The notes beneath the pieces are model-generated. The model saw only the letters and a program-made list of their open reading frames with translations. It made no database searches and was not told where the DNA came from. Positions 59,122-64,000 of a DNA stretch of 64,000 nucleotides are shown in pieces; the first letter of the stretch is position 1; each line of letters opens with the position of its first letter. The position numbers were made by a program, and so were the translations under genes. The stretch is from positions 2,240,001-2,304,000 of the forward strand of contig OY821645.1 in assembly GCA_963682135.1 (NCBI GenBank), written 5' to 3'. The stretch comes from Methanothrix sp. Lineage in GTDB: Archaea; Halobacteriota; Methanosarcinia; Methanotrichales; Methanotrichaceae.

Positions 59122-59456
59122 CTAAAAGCTTTTGCACTCCAGCGCCTGCAAGGATAATCTTATGATCCAAAATCCAGGTTAATCGTAGTCTCCGTTCGTT
59201 CGTCCTTTGTGCGCTCTGTGCCTCTGTGGTGATAGTTCGTAAACCCCTGGTTAAAATTCGCACCCAAGAATATAAACCTGAAAGCAAGCAAGATCCTACC
59301 AGCTACTATTATCAATTCCGCCCAGTGCCTGGAGCCACTTCCGAGGGTACAGTCTCACCGTCTTCTGGCCCGCCTGGCCAGTTCATGGCCCTAAATCTGG
59401 TGAAGATGGACAAGACAAAGCAGATAATTCTTTAAGGAAGAAAGCATAAGCATAGC

Positions 59457-59663
59457 ATGATGCCTGTAAAAGTGAGATACGAAAACAATGTTCTAAAACC
59501 TCTGGAAAAGTTGGATCTAATAGATGGAGAAGAGGTTGAAATTGAGATAATTGAATCAAATGCAGATAGAATCGTAGGCCTCCTAAAAGACATCGATATA
59601 GACTCTGTTGATCTCCAACATGCTGCAAGAGATATCTGGGTGAGAAAGATTGTATCTGATTGA
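59457..59663 (+). CDS. DUF104/AF2212-like antitoxin (VapB-type)
   Basis: VRYENNVLKPLEKLDL.DGEEVEIEI; overlaps the PIN gene. Confidence 0.85.
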   Translation: MMPVKVRYENNVLKPLEKLDLIDGEEVEIEIIESNADRIVGLLKDIDIDSVDLQHAARDIWVRKIVSD

Positions 59664-60078
59664 TACCAACATCTTTCTGGAGGCTATGCTGAAGCGGATA
59701 CATAAAAATGATTGTCAGGCTCTGCTCAGAATGATTGATCGAGGAGATGTTAAAGCCTTTGTAACAACCTATTCGATTCATTCCATCGAAACCATATTGG
59801 ACAAAATAGGGGATTTGGAAGCCCTTAAGATATTTCTGAAAAGCATTGGCAAGATGAAGGGGCTGAGCATCTATAATACCGATCTTAGAGATGAGATTGC
59901 AGTTATCGACGAGATGGAAGTAGGCTTGGATTTTGATGATGCGCTCCAATCATATGTTGCCAAGAAGCTCAATTTGGAAATAATCAGTTTTGACAGACAT
60001 TTCGATGGAGTTGAAGGATTAACCAGACTTAGGCCGAAGGATGTTCTCTCCAGCGGGAAACGAAATGAACGATTTTGA
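59650..60078 (+). CDS. vapC: VapC PIN-domain toxin
   Basis: YLIDTNIFLE, LDFDDALQ, IISFDRHFD. Confidence 0.9.
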   Translation: MYLIDTNIFLEAMLKRIHKNDCQALLRMIDRGDVKAFVTTYSIHSIETILDKIGDLEALKIFLKSIGKMKGLSIYNTDLRDEIAVIDEMEVGLDFDDALQSYVAKKLNLEIISFDRHFDGVEGLTRLRPKDVLSSGKRNERF

Positions 60079-60372
60079 AACCCAGGTTTCCAAATCATAG
60101 TTCTCTATCCCGTTCCTCATGCCCTGCGCCAAACTATGCAAAATTCGTCTCTGTGCCTCTTTGGTGAAAGTTCGTAAACCCCTGGTTAAAATTCGCGCCT
60201 CAGAATATAAACCTGAAAGCAAGATCCTCCCAGCGCCTGGAGCCTCTCCGGGGATACAGTCTCCCGCTGTGTAGCCCACACTCCACGTGCCCCCGGGCCC
60301 GACCGGTCATTTGCAGCATCATGCAATTGTAACACGGAAAAGCATTTATGCATTGATCGGCCATATTGATTA

Positions 60373-61002
60373 ATGAAAACCTACATCTCCCTTTCAGGCT
60401 TCGACTCCTCCCAGATCGTATCCCTGATTGTGAAATACGGTGTGGAGGGCAAAGATACAATAATCCTCATCCGCCCGGAAGTTGAGCCGGACGCACGCGG
60501 CGAGCAGACGGTGCAGGCCATCCGGGATCTCTCCCGCCAAATTGACAGCTCCATCGATCTGCAAATCCATCGCGTCGATCACAGAGATTTTGAGGGAATG
60601 GTGGTCTCCTTGAAAGCTCTCCTGGAGAATGCAAAAGGCCAGATCATCGCCAACCTCTCCGGCGGGCCGCGGGAGATCTTCCTGGCCTTCACCATCGCCT
60701 GCCTCTCAGAGGCGGGGAGGATCTTCAAGGCCACCAACTACAGCGATATCGAAAGAAGCCTCCAGGAGGTCACCCTGCCCAATATCACCGCCATCCTGGA
60801 AGATCGGCAAAAGACGATCTTAAAGGACGTAAGCGAGAATCAGCCCACTAATATTACAGATATCGCAAAGCGGCTCTCGGTCTCTGAGAGCACCATCTCC
60901 CGCCAGGTGGCCCGACTGGCTGATCTTGGGGCTTTGCACCTCCTGCAAAGGGGCAAGACAAAAGTGGTACGAATAACCCTGGCAGGAAAGATACTTCTCT
61001 AA
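60373..61002 (+). CDS. csa3: CRISPR-associated CARF-wHTH regulator Csa3
   Basis: TYISLSGFD, ANLSGGPR CARF motifs; C-terminal ITDIAKRLSVSESTISRQV HTH. Confidence 0.88.
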   Translation: MKTYISLSGFDSSQIVSLIVKYGVEGKDTIILIRPEVEPDARGEQTVQAIRDLSRQIDSSIDLQIHRVDHRDFEGMVVSLKALLENAKGQIIANLSGGPREIFLAFTIACLSEAGRIFKATNYSDIERSLQEVTLPNITAILEDRQKTILKDVSENQPTNITDIAKRLSVSESTISRQVARLADLGALHLLQRGKTKVVRITLAGKILL

Positions 61003-61005
61003 AAT

Positions 61006-61200
61006 ATGATGCAATCCACTGCAAACCACAAAGAGACTGATAATAGCCATCCCCGAAAAATCCTCCTGGTCACAGGCAGAATGGCACAGGCCCAGGTCAG
61101 AGCCTTTGCAGAGGGCGCGGACGTTCTGGTGGACAATATGGCCGCCTTCCTCACACCTGAGCTATTTCTCTGCGCCTCCCCACGCGGCTACGACCCGTTT
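61006..61200 (+). pseudogene. N-terminal remnant of a dihydropteroate synthase-like (MJ0107-type) gene
   Basis: KILLVTGRMA...V......DVLV..AAFLTP......GYD, after which similarity is lost. Confidence 0.55.
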
Positions 61201-61205
61201 CTCTC

Positions 61206-61820
61206 TTACCGCTCTTCCTTCCTTCTCTTGCGAAGCTCTATTGCATCATTTCTTATCTTCTCGAAGTATTCAGACTCCACAATCATGGAAACCTCCCTTC
61301 TTGTCCTCTCCTGATCGATGCGAATTTCAAGCTCCTTTGCTGCCTGCAGAATATCCCTTAGCGAAAAAGCTGCCAGGACGGTAAAAATGCTCTGCAGAAT
61401 GCCGGAAAACTCCTCCCCTACCAGCAGCAGCATTCCGACCTTCGAGTCAGACCCGCACAGACCGCTGGGAAGGTGCTGCAGATTAGGGCAGAACTCCTGA
61501 TAGACCAAACCGGCAAACCAGAAGAGATCGCTCAGCATCCAGTAGAAAAGCCCCAGGGCCAAAAGCCCGATTCCCGGTCCGAACTGGTTGCCCTTCATCC
61601 TCTCGGCGAGCACTGCGGCAATGACAAACGCAGCCATCTCAGCCAGGAGCTCTATTGCTCCATTCGTGAGGCTGATCCAGTTTGATGCCGCCGCCATGTA
61701 GTCGCCGCTTGCGAAGATGGTTGAAAGCGGCAGGACGAGGATCAGCAGGACGAGATTGGCTGCTAATACCGGCATCCACCTCTTGCCGATCAGCTTGCAG
61801 ACCTCATTTATCTCTGTCAT
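61206..61820 (-). CDS. Hypothetical membrane protein (about 4 TM helices)
   Basis: Hydrophobic segments and a charged C-terminal tail; last gene of a minus-strand operon. Confidence 0.7.
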   Translation of the reverse strand: MTEINEVCKLIGKRWMPVLAANLVLLILVLPLSTIFASGDYMAAASNWISLTNGAIELLAEMAAFVIAAVLAERMKGNQFGPGIGLLALGLFYWMLSDLFWFAGLVYQEFCPNLQHLPSGLCGSDSKVGMLLLVGEEFSGILQSIFTVLAAFSLRDILQAAKELEIRIDQERTRREVSMIVESEYFEKIRNDAIELRKRRKEER

Positions 61821-61871
61821 TTCCGCTCTCCTAAGTCACGTCGGATGCTCCCTCAAGCTCCTTAATGCACC

Positions 61872-62294
61872 TTAAGCATCCTTCTTAATCCGCCCCTTAA
61901 GAGAATTCCAGATGTTCTGTGGAACCCTGCGGGGCTGCTTTTTGGCCATGACTGCCAGATATCTGCTCTTTCCCTCCTTGATTGTCTCCTTCACATATCC
62001 CATATCTTGAAGTCTCTTCAGCCTTCCCCTGATCGTCTCCTCATCAGCATCCGCTCTTCTGGCCAGATCAGAGAGGCTGGCGCCTCCCAGCTTCGTCAAA
62101 TCAAGAACGATAGACCTCAAGAGCGGATCTGTTTCCAGCAGGCCGGCCAGGGAGAAGCCTTTATGGCCCTCTTTCGCAGTCGTCTCGTCTTTCTCTTCCA
62201 TCTCATCTCTGAGCAGACTCTCCAGTTCGTCTAACCGCTCACGTATTGCCTTCAGTTCGTCCAGAATCGACAGAGCCAGATCCTCACTTACCAT
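61872..62294 (-). CDS. Coiled-coil plus winged-HTH protein
   Basis: GASLSDLARRA......IRGRLKRLQDMGYV. Confidence 0.75.
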   Translation of the reverse strand: MVSEDLALSILDELKAIRERLDELESLLRDEMEEKDETTAKEGHKGFSLAGLLETDPLLRSIVLDLTKLGGASLSDLARRADADEETIRGRLKRLQDMGYVKETIKEGKSRYLAVMAKKQPRRVPQNIWNSLKGRIKKDA

Positions 62295-62520
62295 CTTCCC
62301 ACCTCCTTTCATCCAGCTCCGGCATATCCACCGGCGAGGGAAGGGGCTTGCACATTCCGCAATACAGAGCGCCTGATACTACTATGGCTCTGGAGCCTCC
62401 CCCGCCCGGGCAATACACCGATAAGATGAAGGGCATTTCAGCAGCATGCTCCTTGCATACCGCTCTTCCGCAAAACCGGCAAATGCCGTATGCTTCTTGG
62501 CCACATTTCCAGCATTTCAT
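62284..62520 (-). CDS. Small Cys-rich zinc-finger protein (DUF2180-like)
   Basis: MKCWKC...A.GICRFCGRAVCKEH...LYCGMC. Confidence 0.75.
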   Translation of the reverse strand: MKCWKCGQEAYGICRFCGRAVCKEHAAEMPFILSVYCPGGGGSRAIVVSGALYCGMCKPLPSPVDMPELDERRWEDGK

Positions 62521-63917
62521 CTCTCTTCACCATGATGCATCAGTTTAATGGATTTGATCCCCTTCCTGAGAGCCTCGATTATCGAGCTTGCCAGCGAGAG
62601 CAGAATCAGGATCCCGGCAGCGGCAAGAATGATCCTGACGCCAATTCCCTCCTCCTGCCATATGATCTGAAAGGCCGGATAGATGGCATGGGCCCAGAGA
62701 GACGGAACCATGCTGATGAATATGATCGACCAGAGAGCAGACATCATGCCGAAGACCACAAAGATCTTCTCCTCGCGGCTAAAGCTGATTGAACTGATTC
62801 GGCCCGCCCGCAGCCTCTGCCACAGCTCTCCCTTGATAAACGCCAGAGACCTTGCCCGCAGGCCCGGCATCTCAAGATAGTTCATGAGCATGTAGTATCC
62901 ATCCCATTCCAGGAGAGGGTTGAGATTCATCAGCATGCTGAACATTCCCAGCACGGAGATCATGAAGAGCAGAGGAACAAACCCGGACGAGGGAAAGAGT
63001 GCCATGGCAATGGAGCAGATCGATGCAATTATCATAGTCACAAAAGGCCCTGCCCAGCTCACGGCAATTCTCTGATTCTTTGTGCCTAGCCACATATCGG
63101 TCGTATCCACAAAGAAGCACGGTGCTCCAAAATAGAGCAGGAAACCGCCCTTTATGACCTTCCTGCCGAAAGCCTTGACCGCGAGACCATGACCGTGTTC
63201 GTGCACAATGGCAAGCGCATAGTTGAGGAAAAAAAGGCCGACGACTCCCAGAAAAGCGCTGCCGCTATAGTTCGACAGTGCCTCTTCTTCATGGAGCAGC
63301 TGCCAAAGAAATAGGACAGATCCGATTGCGGAAAAGGCCGCCAGAATCGCCAGAGAGGGTGCGGTAAAGAGTATCCTGCCGCCGTTTCGGTATAGCCAAT
63401 CAAAATACCTGTCTGCATCTATGGCAAGCTCTCCCTGAGAGAGCCTTTGAAAGAGGCGAGCCGATCGATGGGCTACACTTTTAGCCTCGGTTCGCTCAAA
63501 GATCAATTTGTACAGGTCCCACTTGCTCTTCACCAGGAAGGAGTTGCTCTGCAGCGTGGCCAGCAGACCAAAGAGCTGATTGATGGGAGGATTGCCGAAT
63601 TTCAGCATATAATCCATTATGATATCTGTCAGGGAATGCTTTCCATCCATAAGTTTCCAGAGATAGAATCCCTTTTCATCCAGCTTGATGTATGTATCCT
63701 GGAGCGTATTCCTTATGACGTAATACTTCTCGCGGCAGAATTCCTGCTCATTGATCTCGACCTTATCGATAACCAGGGGCTTGGACCGGGAAAAGTCAAT
63801 CCTGTCCCTTAACCCAGCCCATAGGTCTTGACCCGTCGGATGCTCTTCCTCAAGCTTCCCCTCCAGGTCAGACCATAATCCTCCCTGCTCTCCTGTGCCA
63901 CCTGTGTCTGATCTCAT
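62517..63917 (-). CDS. M50 (site-2) metalloprotease with N-terminal PqqD/RRE-like domain
   Basis: Y.KLDE....LWKLMDG..SL.DI (PqqD-like); HEHGH; AGP; NLNPLLEWDGYY. Confidence 0.85.
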   Translation of the reverse strand: MRSDTGGTGEQGGLWSDLEGKLEEEHPTGQDLWAGLRDRIDFSRSKPLVIDKVEINEQEFCREKYYVIRNTLQDTYIKLDEKGFYLWKLMDGKHSLTDIIMDYMLKFGNPPINQLFGLLATLQSNSFLVKSKWDLYKLIFERTEAKSVAHRSARLFQRLSQGELAIDADRYFDWLYRNGGRILFTAPSLAILAAFSAIGSVLFLWQLLHEEEALSNYSGSAFLGVVGLFFLNYALAIVHEHGHGLAVKAFGRKVIKGGFLLYFGAPCFFVDTTDMWLGTKNQRIAVSWAGPFVTMIIASICSIAMALFPSSGFVPLLFMISVLGMFSMLMNLNPLLEWDGYYMLMNYLEMPGLRARSLAFIKGELWQRLRAGRISSISFSREEKIFVVFGMMSALWSIIFISMVPSLWAHAIYPAFQIIWQEEGIGVRIILAAAGILILLSLASSIIEALRKGIKSIKLMHHGEER

Positions 63918-63923
63918 CCAACT

Positions 63924-64000
63924 TCATCTAGCCGCAGCAATCCGGTCTGCAATTTTGTCAATCTCCCTGGAGATCGGATGGTCCCTCTGGCTCGCGTAGA
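63924..64000 (-). CDS. C-terminal end of an upstream gene, possibly MinD/ParA-like (partial)
   Basis: YASQRDHPISREIDKIADRIAAAR-stop; too short to assign firmly. Confidence 0.35.
   Translation of the reverse strand, partial: YASQRDHPISREIDKIADRIAAAR

Larger units (their letters stand above)
59214..60267. repeat. Imperfect direct repeats (about 59214-59360 and 60149-60267) flanking vapBC
   Basis: Shared blocks CTCTGTGCCTCT, AGTTCGTAAACCCCTGGTTAAAATTCGC, AGAATATAAACCTGAAAGCAAG, GCCTGGAGCC and TACAGTCTC. Confidence 0.85.

Overview
Archaeal chromosomal DNA, most consistent with a Methanothrix-like methanogen (MC1 chromatin protein, rps17e-dapA-dapB, PGF-CTERM remnant; inferred from gene content only). 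Bases 1-43700 hold metabolic, transport and surface genes, including a TIR remnant with a NACHT/pentapeptide gene, a secreted HEAT-repeat protein, a probable NikR-regulated metal-uptake cluster and a 1892-aa repeat surface protein. Bases 43865-61000 are a type I-B CRISPR-Cas island with 16 repeats and 15 spacers, transcribed on the minus strand. The main observation is that two apparently identical 1.59-kb IS110-family elements sit at exactly the same register in the array, at the 3' end of a repeat, and are co-oriented with array transcription. Their 5' non-coding region contains GATTGAAAC, the last 9 nt of the repeat (covering the crRNA 5' handle), and blocks matching their own circle junction. 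This suggests a bridge-RNA-guided recombinase programmed to insert into CRISPR arrays. Each insertion leaves a full repeat followed by a spacer-sized 36-nt element end. In the same locus cas8b is frameshifted by an 8-bp duplication, and three toxin-antitoxin-type insertions interrupt or flank the cas genes.
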